The notes under the pieces were generated by a model. It did no database searches and was not told where the DNA came from. It saw nothing but the letters and a program-made list of their open reading frames with translations. Below are positions 41,854-53,132 of a stretch of 64,000 bases of DNA, in pieces; the first letter of the stretch is position 1, and each line of letters starts with the position of its first letter. The position numbers and the translations under genes were made by a program. Where the stretch lies: NCBI GenBank assembly GCA_963667015.2, contig CAXXJJ010000004.1:2112001-2176000 (forward strand), written 5' to 3'. This stretch comes from Desulfatiglandales bacterium (GTDB lineage Bacteria; Desulfobacterota; DSM-4660; Desulfatiglandales; HGW-15).

Positions 41854-43947
41854 ATGGGAAAATGCATTAATCATCCGGATCGCGAAACAAGCTATCTTTG
41901 CATGAAACATAATATTTATATGTGTGAAGAATGCATACGTTGCCGCGACCCGGAGATATACTGTGTATTCAGACCCTCCTGCCCTATATGGTTTTTAGGA
42001 AAGCGAATAAATGCATGGGAAAAACTGGACAGCAAAAAATCAGCGGGACAGCCTGCAGAAAAGTACAGGGTGATATTTAATCCGGACCAAAAAGAAATAT
42101 CTGTAGCAAAAGGTACAACCTTACTTGAGGCAAGCAGGCTTGCTGAGGTCCATCTGAATGCCTCCTGCAATGGAAACGGTTCCTGCGGCAAGTGTAAACT
42201 CATCATTGATTCCGGGAAAGTTGATACACAATCGACCTCATTGCTCAGCGAGGAGGAAAAAAAGCAGAATTATATTCTGGCCTGCATGAGTAAAGTAATT
42301 GAGGATGTTTCGCTCAGCATTCCAAAAGAATCTCTTGAAAAAAAATTAAAAGTAGCAGGCCTTGGAAAAGAAGCAACCGATCACCTGAGAGGGCTTGTTG
42401 AGAAGATGACTCCATTGCTGGAAGAGATTGAGCTTGAACTTGATCCCCCGAGTCTTGATGATCCAATAAGTGACCTTGATCGCCTCAATCGCGGTTTAAA
42501 GAAAGCAGGAATTGATATTAATAACCTTAATATAGGCCTTAAGGTCTGCCGTGATCTTTCAGCAGCACTACGTGAAGACAACTGGAAGGTCACAGCATCA
42601 ATAATTCGTAAAAAATGCTCAAATGAAATCCTTCATGTAGCTCCTAAATCGGTTCGGGAAGAAGCCCTTGGACTGGCAATCGACATCGGGACAACATCAA
42701 TTGTTGTATATCTTGTTGCCATATCAGATGGCACTGTTCTGGCTGCCACATCAGGCCACAACCGACAGGCTGATTGCGGTGACGATGTTATTAACCGGAT
42801 TGTATGTGCTGAAAAAGACGGCGTTGTCAAACTAAGCAAAATGGCAATGGTGACTATAAATGATTTAATCGGCGAGGCACTTGCCAGTGCCCGGATGGAT
42901 TACCGGCAGATAAAAAACATTGTCATTTCCGGCAATACCACAATGGTTCACCTTCTCCTCAAAATTGAACCCCGACACATTCGTAGAGAGCCCTATGTCC
43001 CGACCGTATCCGAATTTCCCATTCTTAAAGCATCCGAGATCGGAATAAAGGCAAGTCCCTATGCGTCGGTCTTTATAATGCCCGGGCCGGCCGGGTATGT
43101 GGGTGGAGATATTGTATCAGGCCTTGTTTATACGGGTCTCCATCGTGAAACGCCTGTAACTCTTTTTATAGATATTGGCACAAACGGCGAGATTGTTCTA
43201 GGTAACAGTGACTGGCTGATGACGGCATCATGTTCGGCAGGACCTGCATTTGAAGGAGGAGGAATCAGATGGGGAATGCGTGCCGAAGAGGGTGCCATTG
43301 AAAAGATAAAAATTGATCCTGATACATTGATACCTGAATTTACAACTGTCGAAAACATAAAGCCAAGAGGAATCTGCGGCTCCGGAATGATCGATCTGAT
43401 TTCAGAAATGCTGTTAAAAGGAGTAATAGCTCCCAACGGAAAATTCATACTGGATACAACACATGACAGGATGGCTGTTTATGATGATGAGCTTGCATAT
43501 ATTATCGCAAGAGCAGAAGAAACCTCTGTTGACAGGGATATAATCTTTACTGAAATGGATATTAACTCCCTTGTACTGAGTAAAGGGGCTGTTTACGCCG
43601 GATTTACAGTCCTTCTGAAACAGGCGGGAATGGATTTCAACTCAGTGGACAGGGTATGGATCACAGGAGGTTTCGGCCAGTATTTAAATATAGAAAAAGC
43701 AATAACCATTGGCCTCCTTCCTGATATTGCGAGGGACAAATTCAAATATTTCGGAAACAGCTCAATTGCGGGAGCTTACATGGCTCTGCTTTCAGATGAG
43801 TACCGGAAGGAAGCAAGAGAAATATCAAACTCCATGACATATATTGATTTTTCCAGTAACAGCCAGTTTATGGACGAATATACTTCTGCCCAGTTTCTGC
43901 CCCATACTGATGGAAATGCGTTCCCGAGTGTTAAAATATTGAAGTAG
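41854..43947 (+). CDS. ASKHA-domain reductive activator of corrinoid proteins (RACo/AcsV-like) with 2Fe-2S domain and N-terminal Cys-rich extension
   Basis: [43 protein letters not shown]. Confidence 0.88.
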   Translation: MGKCINHPDRETSYLCMKHNIYMCEECIRCRDPEIYCVFRPSCPIWFLGKRINAWEKLDSKKSAGQPAEKYRVIFNPDQKEISVAKGTTLLEASRLAEVHLNASCNGNGSCGKCKLIIDSGKVDTQSTSLLSEEEKKQNYILACMSKVIEDVSLSIPKESLEKKLKVAGLGKEATDHLRGLVEKMTPLLEEIELELDPPSLDDPISDLDRLNRGLKKAGIDINNLNIGLKVCRDLSAALREDNWKVTASIIRKKCSNEILHVAPKSVREEALGLAIDIGTTSIVVYLVAISDGTVLAATSGHNRQADCGDDVINRIVCAEKDGVVKLSKMAMVTINDLIGEALASARMDYRQIKNIVISGNTTMVHLLLKIEPRHIRREPYVPTVSEFPILKASEIGIKASPYASVFIMPGPAGYVGGDIVSGLVYTGLHRETPVTLFIDIGTNGEIVLGNSDWLMTASCSAGPAFEGGGIRWGMRAEEGAIEKIKIDPDTLIPEFTTVENIKPRGICGSGMIDLISEMLLKGVIAPNGKFILDTTHDRMAVYDDELAYIIARAEETSVDRDIIFTEMDINSLVLSKGAVYAGFTVLLKQAGMDFNSVDRVWITGGFGQYLNIEKAITIGLLPDIARDKFKYFGNSSIAGAYMALLSDEYRKEAREISNSMTYIDFSSNSQFMDEYTSAQFLPHTDGNAFPSVKILK

Positions 43948-44027
43948 TACAGTTGAGAGTTTGTTGTTATAATATATATTTATTAAGGCTGTGTGAACAA
44001 TATAATGCATTTGCATGGGAGGAGCTT

Positions 44028-44975
44028 ATGGAGTTGAACCGACGCAATTTCTTTAAAATCATTACCGCTACGGGCGCTGTCCTTTCGGGAGGGGGACAAT
44101 CTGCTCATGCCTGGCAATCCAGGGCGCCGTCAGACGCCCTGGGTTGTCTGGTAGACCTGACCCGCTGTATTGGATGCCGTAAATGTGAAGAGGCATGCAA
44201 CAGTGTCAATGATCTGCCTCCGCCTGATCGCAGTTTCGAAGATCTGACAGTACTGGATCTTAAACGCCGCCCTGATGAAAAGGCATTTACCGTAGTCAAT
44301 CGATATACATCGGGTATAGTAGACGAGCGTAATCAATTAGTGCCAACATTTGTTAAGCTCCAGTGCATGCACTGTCAGGACCCGGCGTGCGCATCGGCCT
44401 GCATTGTCGGGGCACTGACAAAAAAAGAAAATGGCGCGGTTCACTACGATGTAACCAAATGTATAGGGTGCCGCTACTGCATGGTGGCCTGCCCATTCGA
44501 AATTCCGGCCTATGAATATCATAATCCTATCACACCGCGTGTTATGAAATGTTCTTTTTGTTACGAACGTGTGCAGTCGGAAAACAAGCTTCCCGGATGT
44601 GCAGAAATCTGTCCGGTTGAGGCCATTACCTTTGGCAGAAGAGATGATCTATTGAAGGAAAGTAAACGTCGAATAAAAGAAAACCCGGGCCGATATATCG
44701 ATCATATTTATGGAGAAAAAGAAGTCGGCGGAACAAGCTGGATGTACATTTCAGGCGTGCCTTTCGAAAAACTGGGGTTCAACAAACTTCCTGAAAACCC
44801 GATGCCAAAACTGGCCGAAACTATCCAGCACAGTCTGTTCAGTTACATGTGGTCACCTGTTGTGCTCTTCGGCATGCTCGGGGGAATAATGTGGGGATTT
44901 AAAGACAAAGGAGACCGCATAAACAATAACAAAGGAGGATCGGATGAGTCATCAGGCAGCGCCCGTCAGGGCTAA
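44028..44975 (+). CDS. Tat-exported 4x[4Fe-4S] protein (HybA/HmcB-like) with C-terminal TM
   Basis: NRRNFFK Tat motif; [32 protein letters not shown]. Confidence 0.9.
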   Translation: MELNRRNFFKIITATGAVLSGGGQSAHAWQSRAPSDALGCLVDLTRCIGCRKCEEACNSVNDLPPPDRSFEDLTVLDLKRRPDEKAFTVVNRYTSGIVDERNQLVPTFVKLQCMHCQDPACASACIVGALTKKENGAVHYDVTKCIGCRYCMVACPFEIPAYEYHNPITPRVMKCSFCYERVQSENKLPGCAEICPVEAITFGRRDDLLKESKRRIKENPGRYIDHIYGEKEVGGTSWMYISGVPFEKLGFNKLPENPMPKLAETIQHSLFSYMWSPVVLFGMLGGIMWGFKDKGDRINNNKGGSDESSGSARQG

Positions 44976-46149
44976 ATTCTGGACGCCCGGTGTGGTCGTT
45001 CTGGTTGTACTCATGATTGCCGGTGCAGTAACAATTATTGCCCGTTTTATAGGTGGAATCGGTTATGTATCAAACCTGACCACAGCGCGGCCCTGGGGTC
45101 TGTGGATCGGTGTTGATGTGGCTTCAGGTGTAGCCCTGGCAGCCGGAGGATTTACTACTGCCTTTCTGGCTCACATTATGGGACGTCATTACTACGAACC
45201 TGTTGTCCGGCCGGCTCTTTTGACCGCCATGCTTGGTTATACCTTCGTGGTACTTGGGCTGCTCGTGGATATCGGCCGCAGCTGGGCAATCTGGAAACCA
45301 ATGTTCTACTGGAACCATACCTCGGTTCTTTTCGAGGTGGCCATGTGTGTAATGTTTTACCTCAATGTACTCTATATTGAATTTTTACCTATTGTAGTAG
45401 AAGGTTTCAAGGGACGTGTTAACCTGCCCGGTCCGCTATCGTCACTTAACAAACTATTGGAAACAATACTTAATCTGCTCGACAAGATTCTTCCAAAAAT
45501 CATGTGGATATTTATTATTCTCGGTGTTGTGCTTTCCTGTATGCATCAGTCCAGCCTCGGGTCACTGATGCTTATCGCCCCGACAAAACTGCATCCACTG
45601 TGGTATACTCCTATTCTGCCGCTTTTGTTCCTTACATCGGCTATTGCCGTGGGGTATCCTATGGTGGTATTTGAGGCTAACCTGGCAACGTCTTCGCTCA
45701 AGCTTGACTCTGAGATGAAAATACTGACACCTTTGACACGCATTACCATTTTCCTGCTTGGCCTCTACATGGCGCTGAAAATAGGTGATATGGTGGTTCG
45801 AGGCACTTACGTTTATCTGCTTGACGGAACAGCCCAGACCAACGCCTTTCTTATTGAGCTGATTTTAGGTGTGCTGGTGCCCTGGCTGATGCTGCTTTCT
45901 CCAACTGTACGTCAATCCCGTCGCTGGCTTTTCATCGCCTGTACAATGATTTTAAGTGGTGTATTAATAAACCGCATGAATGTTTTTGTCGTGGGTTACA
46001 GGCCGCCAGTCAGTGCGGCCAATTATTTTCCTGCCATAGGTGAAATACTTGTCACTGTCGGGTTTATTGCCGCGTTGATGTTTGTCTATCGATTTCTTGT
46101 AACATATTTACCTGTACTCAACAAACCGGAACAGGAGGTACAAGCATGA
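44944..46149 (+). CDS. NrfD/PsrC family membrane subunit (HybB/HmcC-like)
   Basis: [34 protein letters not shown]. Confidence 0.88.
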   Translation: MSHQAAPVRAKFWTPGVVVLVVLMIAGAVTIIARFIGGIGYVSNLTTARPWGLWIGVDVASGVALAAGGFTTAFLAHIMGRHYYEPVVRPALLTAMLGYTFVVLGLLVDIGRSWAIWKPMFYWNHTSVLFEVAMCVMFYLNVLYIEFLPIVVEGFKGRVNLPGPLSSLNKLLETILNLLDKILPKIMWIFIILGVVLSCMHQSSLGSLMLIAPTKLHPLWYTPILPLLFLTSAIAVGYPMVVFEANLATSSLKLDSEMKILTPLTRITIFLLGLYMALKIGDMVVRGTYVYLLDGTAQTNAFLIELILGVLVPWLMLLSPTVRQSRRWLFIACTMILSGVLINRMNVFVVGYRPPVSAANYFPAIGEILVTVGFIAALMFVYRFLVTYLPVLNKPEQEVQA

Positions 46150-48224
46150 TCATAAGAGGAACGGTTCGCCGTTTATTTTTTAATATTTTTATTATCGGAC
46201 TCGGCTTTGGAGCATATGTACAATCTGCAGCCAATGAGGAACAACCACAGCAGGCAGAAACGTCAAAATGGATTGCTCCCGATCAGGAAGCAGCCAAAAA
46301 GCGGGCATCCGAACTGGTACCATTTGTGGAAGCAGTCAGGGATGAATGCCGACTATGCAGACAACAGCGTCTCAGGGATGAGGGGCTTGGGGTAAAGGAC
46401 CAAAAAGACAGCTACTTTTTGCTGGACAGCCCGATCATCAAGAAGACAGAAGACCATTACGGACCGGTACGTTTTATGCATTCCAAGCATGCTGTTGTAA
46501 CAAAGGATTGTGCTCTATGCCACCATTACCGACCCCTTGATGAGAAAGCACCAGAGACAGTAAGATGCTCAGCATGTCATCAGGAATCCTTTAAAAGGGA
46601 CCATCCGGAACGACTTGGACTTAAGGCCGCCTATCATCAGCAGTGTATGGGGTGTCATAAGGAAATGGATAAGGGACCTGTAAGCTGTACAGGCTGTCAC
46701 AGTAAAAACTCACCTGACCACAGCGACAAAATAAAACTAGCATCCAATCCTGAGCCTTCACAGGTAACTGCAGAATGTCTGCGTTGCCATAAGGAGGCCG
46801 GAGAAGAAATGATCAAGTCAGCACACTGGCTCTGGAAAGGCCCCTCCCCCTTTACTCTGGATCACAGAAAGGAGGTTGAACTTGGAAAGGCCACCATTGC
46901 CACCAATAATTTCTGAATGAGCATCACCAGCAACGAGGCTCGTTGCACAAGCTGTCATGCAGGTTATGGATGGAAAGATGATTCCTTTGATTTTACTGAT
47001 ATGACTAAAATAGATTGTCTGGTATGTCACGATACTACCGGAACTTACAAAAAAATCCCGACAGGAGCAGGCATGCCTGATCCTGAAGTTGATCTGGTTG
47101 CAGTAGCTAAAAGCGTTGGGCCAACCTCCAGAGAGTCCTGTGGCTCCTGTCATTTTAACGGTGGAGGCGGAGAGGCTGTGAAGCACGCTGATCTCTCACG
47201 TCAATTACTTGAACCTGACCGTAATTGTGATGTTCACATGGGTGGATACGATTTTCAGTGCACTGAATGTCATCAGACACGTGACCACAAGATCGCGGGC
47301 CGCAGTTCTTCGGTGCCCGTGGTCGAAGACAGGTTTACCTGTACAGGCTGCCACTCGGATACACCACACTACGGGGATGACCTGCTGGACCATCACCTGA
47401 ACAAACACAGTGACAATATCGCCTGTACAACCTGTCATGCCCCGGTATATGCCAAGTGCAAGCCCACAAAGGTCTTCTGGGACTGGTCCGAGGCCGGCGA
47501 TACAGAGCGCAAGCCCGTAAAAGACAAATACGGTATGGACGATTATCACTGGATGAAAGGCGAGTTTATCTGGAAGGAATCAGCCAAGCCTGTCTATGCC
47601 TGGTATGGCGGTTTTATGGAACGTGTGTTACTGGGAGACAAACTTGACCAGAGCAAAAAAGAGATAAATATCACTAAACCGGTTGGATCCATAAATGATC
47701 CGAATTCAAAGATATCTCCCTTTAAGATAATGAAAGGAGTTCAGGCGGTTGACGCGGAATATTATTATCTACTCGTACCCCATCTGTATCCCCGTGACCA
47801 GGAAGACACGACTGCCTACTGGAAACACCGTGACTGGCAGAAATCCTTTTCAGACGGTATGAAAGCGGCAGGCATGAAGTACTCGGGAAAATATGAATGG
47901 ATAACCACAAACATGTACTGGGGTGTGGAGCATGAAATAATGCCGGCCGACATGGCCCTCTCCTGTGTTCAATGTCATGACAGTCTCAAGGGCGACCGCA
48001 CCTGTAACCGCTGTCACCAGGATAATCGTGACATAGATTTTAAGGCCATCGCTCATAAAGGAACGGATTTTTCCTATATGGCATCCAAGGGGCGTGATGT
48101 AAGCGACCTTGTCGGCACTACAGACTATATTGATTTTAAAGCCCTGGGATATGAGGGAGACCCCATTATCTATGGCGGACGTTTTAAAAAGCTGCCCATG
48201 GGGTATAAAGCTCAGGAGAAATAA
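46146..48224 (+). CDS. Cytochrome c3 / octaheme tetrathionate reductase-family fusion, 13 CxxCH, probable selenoprotein (TGA 46914-46916)
   Basis: Two abutting in-frame ORFs; junction reads HWLW...GK...NNF*MSITSNEARCTSCHAGYGW where the OTR family has NNFC; hairpin follows TGA. Confidence 0.85.
46917..46958 (+). promoter_or_regulatory. Candidate bacterial SECIS element
   Basis: GCAACGA-GGC-TCGTTGC stem-loop 46930-46946 with G-starting loop, plus lower pairing ATGA.GC / GC..TCAT. Confidence 0.7.
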
Positions 48225-48232
48225 TAGTAGCG

Positions 48233-48263
48233 AAACCACCGGTTTGAAGCCGGTGGTTTTCTT
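48233..48263 (+). terminator. Terminator hairpin after cytochrome gene
   Basis: AAACCACCGG-N7-CCGGTGGTTT followed by TCTT. Confidence 0.7.
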
Positions 48264-48282
48264 ACTCAGCTAAGGTTATAAA

Positions 48283-51002
48283 ATGTCTACTAAACCAACC
48301 TATGAAGATCTGGAAAATAAAGTCAGGTTATTGGAACATTCCGATTCAGAGCGAACAAAACTGAAGCTGCACTGAATGAAAGTGAGAAGAAATACCGGCT
48401 CCTCGTTGAAAATCAAACTGACATGGTGGTTAAGGTAGATAATGAAGGCAGATTTATGTATGTCAGCCCTTCCTACTGCCGGATGTTTGGGAAATCGGAA
48501 GAGGAACTGATCGGCAGGAATTTTATGCCCCTGGTTCATGAGGAGGACCGGGCAGGCACAGCTAAAGCAATGGAAAATCTATATCGTCCGCCATACTCTG
48601 CATATATGGAACAGAGAGCCATGACTAAGGATGGATGGAAATGGCTCGGCTGGATGGATACTGCCATTCTCGACAAAAACGGAAATATAACCGAGATTAT
48701 AGGAGTAGGGCGGGATATTTCAGACTGTAAACAGGTAGAAAATACCCTTCGAACAAACAAAAGTTTCCTAAAAGATGTTTTTGAGGCAATTCAGGATGGT
48801 ATCAGTGTTCTGGATACCGATCTTACTATTCTCAAAACCAACACCTGGATGGAAAAGATGTATGCTTCACGGGACAAACTGGTTGGGAGCAAGTGTTTTC
48901 AGATATACCAGGGACTTTCTTCACCCTGTCCATGGTGCCCTTCATTAAAAACAATTGAATCAGGTAAGGTACACACCGAAATAGTCCCCTATCCATCTGC
49001 CGAAAATCCGACCGGATGGATTGAACTGTCTGCTTTCCCGATAAAAGATAAAAATGGAAAAGTAGAAAAGATAATTGAGTATGTCAAAGATATCACTGAT
49101 CGAAGGCAGGCGGAGCAGGAATCAATTCGAATAGCCGAAGAGTGGGAGGCCACATTCAACAGCAGTAATGACGCAATCTGGATTCTTGATAAAAATCAGA
49201 CAGTGATTCGTTCCAATAAAATTGCAGAGAACTATTTTAATTACCCTATTGAGAAAATGGTCGGCAAACATTGCTGGGAAATTGTTCATGGTACTGAAGG
49301 CCCTATAACAGAATGTCCTATTCTAAGGACTCACAAGAGTCTCCGTAGAGAAGCAATGGAGTTAAGAGTAAATGACAGGTGGTTTAATGTCATAGTTGAT
49401 CCTATACTAAATATGTCTGGTCAATACGACGGTGCTGTTCATGCGGTCAGTGATATCACATCGCAAAAACAGATGATCGAATCTCTGAAGGAGAGTGAGG
49501 CAAAATTCAGGTCATTGGTTGAGCAATCACCCCTGGGAATAGCGTTGGTTAATAAAGAAGGCAGGTATCAATATATCAATCCGCAATTTGAAAAAATATT
49601 CGGGTACACCATAGATGAGATACCCACAGGGGACATATGGTTTCAAAAAGCCTTTCCTGACAAAGAATATCGTCAGAAAATAATAGGACTTTGGATAGAA
49701 AATGTAAAGGAATCCGGTATCAGACAATCAATGCCACGCATCCATCAGGTCTTTTGTAAAAATGGCTCTCAAAAGAAAATTCAGTTTAAATCGGTTAATC
49801 TTGAAAACTCAGGCCATCTGATAATTTATGAAGACATTACTGAAAAAACATTACTGGAAGAAAAATTTCAACAGGCACAGAAGATTGAGGCTATAGGCAC
49901 CCTGGCCGGAGGCATTGCCCATGATTTCAACAACATTTTAGGGGCCATATTGGGTAGAATAGAACTCATTCTTATGGATATGAAATCCGGTGATCCGAAC
50001 TGGCAGGATTTACATGAAATATACCAGGCAGCAATTCGGTCATCTCACCTCACCAGACAATTACTCGCATTTTCCCGTAAACAACCAATAACTCCAAAGA
50101 TAGTAGACCTTAACGAAACTGTTGAAGCCTATCTCAAGATGCTTCGCCGTCTGATTGGAGAAGATATTGATCTGGCCTGGAATTCAGAAACAAACCTTTG
50201 GTTAATAAAGATTGACCCCATACAGGTTGATCAGGTTCTGACCAACCTGTGTGTTAATGCAAGAGATGCTATAGGTGGAACTGGTAAAATTACAATAGAG
50301 GCCAGAAATATTGTTGCAGATCAGGTCTATTGTGCAGCACACTCCTATGCCATACCCGGTAAATATGTAATGCTTTCAGTCACTGATAATGGTTGTGGTA
50401 TGGATAAAAAAATCCTTGATAATATCTTTGACCCATTTTTTACAACCAAGGAAATTGGGACAGGGACAGGGCTGGGTCTCTCAACAGTATACGGGATCGT
50501 CAAACAAAACGACGGATTTATCAATGTTTATAGCGAATCTGGAAAGGGTACCATATTTAGGTTGTATTTCCCTGAGGTCGAAACAGTATCAGAAAAAGAA
50601 GACAAGCCTGCATCCATCGTATTACCTAAGGGGAAAGAAAGTATATTAATCGTTGAAGATGACAAAGCTATTATGGATCTTAGCAGCTCAATACTTAAAC
50701 GATTCGGATATAAAATTATGGCTGCTAAGCGACCTTCTGAGGCACTGGATATCATAAATAACCATAAAAGAAAGATTCATCTTCTTCTGACAGACATTGT
50801 AATGCCTGAGATGAATGGCATTGAATTAAAGGAACAAATAGAAAAAAAACTTCCTGATATTAAAGTACTATTTATGTCCGGATACATGGCTGATGCTTTA
50901 TTGATCAATGCAGATTATGAAAAAAATACCAACTTTATTGAAAAACCATTCTCGCTGGAATCATTGCTTAATAAAGTTCGAAAAGCTCTGGATGGTATTT
51001 AA
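48283..51002 (+). CDS. Multi-PAS hybrid sensor histidine kinase/response regulator; 5' end frameshifted (intact ORF from 48423)
   Basis: PAS repeats, AHDFNN, DPFFTTK, GTGLGL, REC domain; [11 protein letters not shown] start at 48283 is out of frame near AAAA 48357-48360. Confidence 0.85.
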
Positions 51003-51076
51003 TGCCAGGTTAAGCAGCTAATGATACTACTGTTGAATTTCAATCTTTTTCCTATTACTAAAAATTTATTACAATG

Positions 51077-51736
51077 CTATTCTTCATTCTTTTCCCTGAG
51101 ACGGTATGTCAGCATCCCAAGTTCAATTGAAATATCATGGTTCAAGACCACCATGTTATCAGGAATGTTTACGCATCTTGACGCCAGGTAAATAGCCGCC
51201 TTTACACCTATCCGGCTGAGTCTGTCTATAACATCCTGCACATCCTGTGGAGGAAGAGCAATTATTACGATATTATCTTTGACGGGATCAAGGGTTTCCT
51301 CGAGTCGATCCATTGGGAAAACAGTGATTCCATCTGATTTACACTGATAGTTTCCCGGTTTTTTATCATATATTTTGTTGATATTAAAATTATTTGCCTT
51401 CAAGGCCAGGGAATCCATCAGAACTCCGCAGTACTTTGCACACCCTATGACCACCAGTCCCCGCTCCCTGTCCAGACCCAGTATCCCGGCCAGTTCATTT
51501 TTAAGTTTACTTACATTGTATCCAACACCTCTTTGGCCGAAACATCCAAAATAGGACAAATCTTTCCTGATCTGCGCAGGCTGAAGCCCGTTAATTTCGG
51601 CCAGCTCCTGGGATGTGATGTGATTCACACCGTTTCTCTCAAGCCGATTAAATGCTCTGAAATATATCGAAATACGACGAAGGGATGAATCTGATATTTC
51701 AATGATTTTCGTTTCCGGTTTTTTCGTCTTTGTCAC
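51077..51736 (-). CDS. rex: Rex-family transcriptional repressor (atypical nucleotide-binding domain)
   Basis: RRISIY, SQELA, QIRKDLSYFG..GQRGVGY. Confidence 0.8.
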   Translation of the reverse strand: MTKTKKPETKIIEISDSSLRRISIYFRAFNRLERNGVNHITSQELAEINGLQPAQIRKDLSYFGCFGQRGVGYNVSKLKNELAGILGLDRERGLVVIGCAKYCGVLMDSLALKANNFNINKIYDKKPGNYQCKSDGITVFPMDRLEETLDPVKDNIVIIALPPQDVQDVIDRLSRIGVKAAIYLASRCVNIPDNMVVLNHDISIELGMLTYRLREKNEE

Positions 51737-51767
51737 AGCGTACCTCCTTCGTTAAATGTTGAAAGTG

Positions 51768-53015
51768 TCATGTACTTGTACTGAAATTGCAATCCAGTCG
51801 TAAAAGAAAAAATATTGACACCATAACCAATGGAGAGATTATTATAAAAATTGCAGCAAAGCCATAGGTATTGATTAAAATTCCGACCAGTAATGGGAAA
51901 ATAGCGGTGGTTAAACTCAAAGCCCCGCTGATACCTGCATATATAGCCCGATTTTCATTATTTGTGATTTCCAGCAGTATGCCCTGCAAAAATATTTTAT
52001 ACGCGGGAATAGAAAATCCGGCGATGAAAAAAATCCATTGATAGATGCGTATTCCATAGCGGGCAAAAAATAGCGCCATAATCGGAAGAAGGCTTCCGAT
52101 TATAATGTAACCGCAGGCAATTCCTTTAAATTTGAAATGTTTGGCTACCCAGTTCCAAATAAAGGTGGAAACAATCATGCCGACAAATTGCAGAAGTATA
52201 AAATTCCCAACCTGATTTTGACTCAACCCAAAAAGGGATTTTGAAAGCGCGACATAGAAGGGAATTAGAATAAGGCCCAGACTGCTAAAATTAACCAACA
52301 GAATGTAGTTTATCAAATTCATGTCGGATTTAAGAAAGCGTGGCATATCCATAATTAAACGGATCTTTCTGTAAAGGCCAGCAGTCTCGGCGGAATCTTC
52401 TTTGATCATCAGGAATCCGAATGCGGCTGTAAACAATAACCCGGAGGCCGTAAAAAAAATAACAGTGTAATTTTCAGGATAGGGAAAAGCGATTACCATA
52501 TGATGGGCCGCTATGGCTGAAACCAGCATGCCAATGGCGGATATAAATTCTTTAAAAACTAAGATTTTTTTTCGTTGGGATCCGATGAAGACTTTACCCA
52601 TAATATCAGTATATGAAATTCCGGCAAAAGCACCGCTTATTGAAAAGACTCCAATCCACATAAATATCATGAGTAAAAGTCGGCTGGATTGACTTGATGC
52701 GGAAATTGACAATGTATAGCCCATACCGATCAGTGAAAGTACACGCAAATATATTCCCATAAGCAGAAAAGGTTTTTTACGAGTACGTCCGGCAAGAAAT
52801 CCGGCAAACAGCAGCTGGGTTACCATAGGCAGACCAATGGATATACCCGTCAGAATGCCGATATGTAAACTTGAACCTCCAAGGTTCAGCACAAAAGAGG
52901 AGAGAACCGTATTAACATCAATAAACGTCTGGGCAAAGGCAAGAAAAAGCGCGTGCCAGATAAACGCATAAAAATTCCTTCTGTAATTGGTTATTTTATT
53001 CATGATGAGTGACAT
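51768..53015 (-). CDS. MFS transporter
   Basis: About 12 TM segments; RRNFYAF N-terminus. Confidence 0.85.
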   Translation of the reverse strand: MSLIMNKITNYRRNFYAFIWHALFLAFAQTFIDVNTVLSSFVLNLGGSSLHIGILTGISIGLPMVTQLLFAGFLAGRTRKKPFLLMGIYLRVLSLIGMGYTLSISASSQSSRLLLMIFMWIGVFSISGAFAGISYTDIMGKVFIGSQRKKILVFKEFISAIGMLVSAIAAHHMVIAFPYPENYTVIFFTASGLLFTAAFGFLMIKEDSAETAGLYRKIRLIMDMPRFLKSDMNLINYILLVNFSSLGLILIPFYVALSKSLFGLSQNQVGNFILLQFVGMIVSTFIWNWVAKHFKFKGIACGYIIIGSLLPIMALFFARYGIRIYQWIFFIAGFSIPAYKIFLQGILLEITNNENRAIYAGISGALSLTTAIFPLLVGILINTYGFAAIFIIISPLVMVSIFFLLRLDCNFSTST

Positions 53016-53132
53016 ACTAATAAGTCAGCAGGAACTGCTTTGTTTTTTTAACTGACAGGCATTCGGTTTTTCGATTTTAAGCACTCAAGATTCACACATA
53101 TTTTGCTTATACGATCGCAGATAGTAGCAATC

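Noticed and set aside
44028..46149. Hydrogenase-2 operon
   Set aside because: No NiFe large or small subunit, and no maturation genes in the window.
46917..48224. Separate 435-aa cytochrome gene as given in the ORF track
   Set aside because: No RBS or signal peptide, and it starts mid-domain; better explained as UGA readthrough of the 46146 frame.
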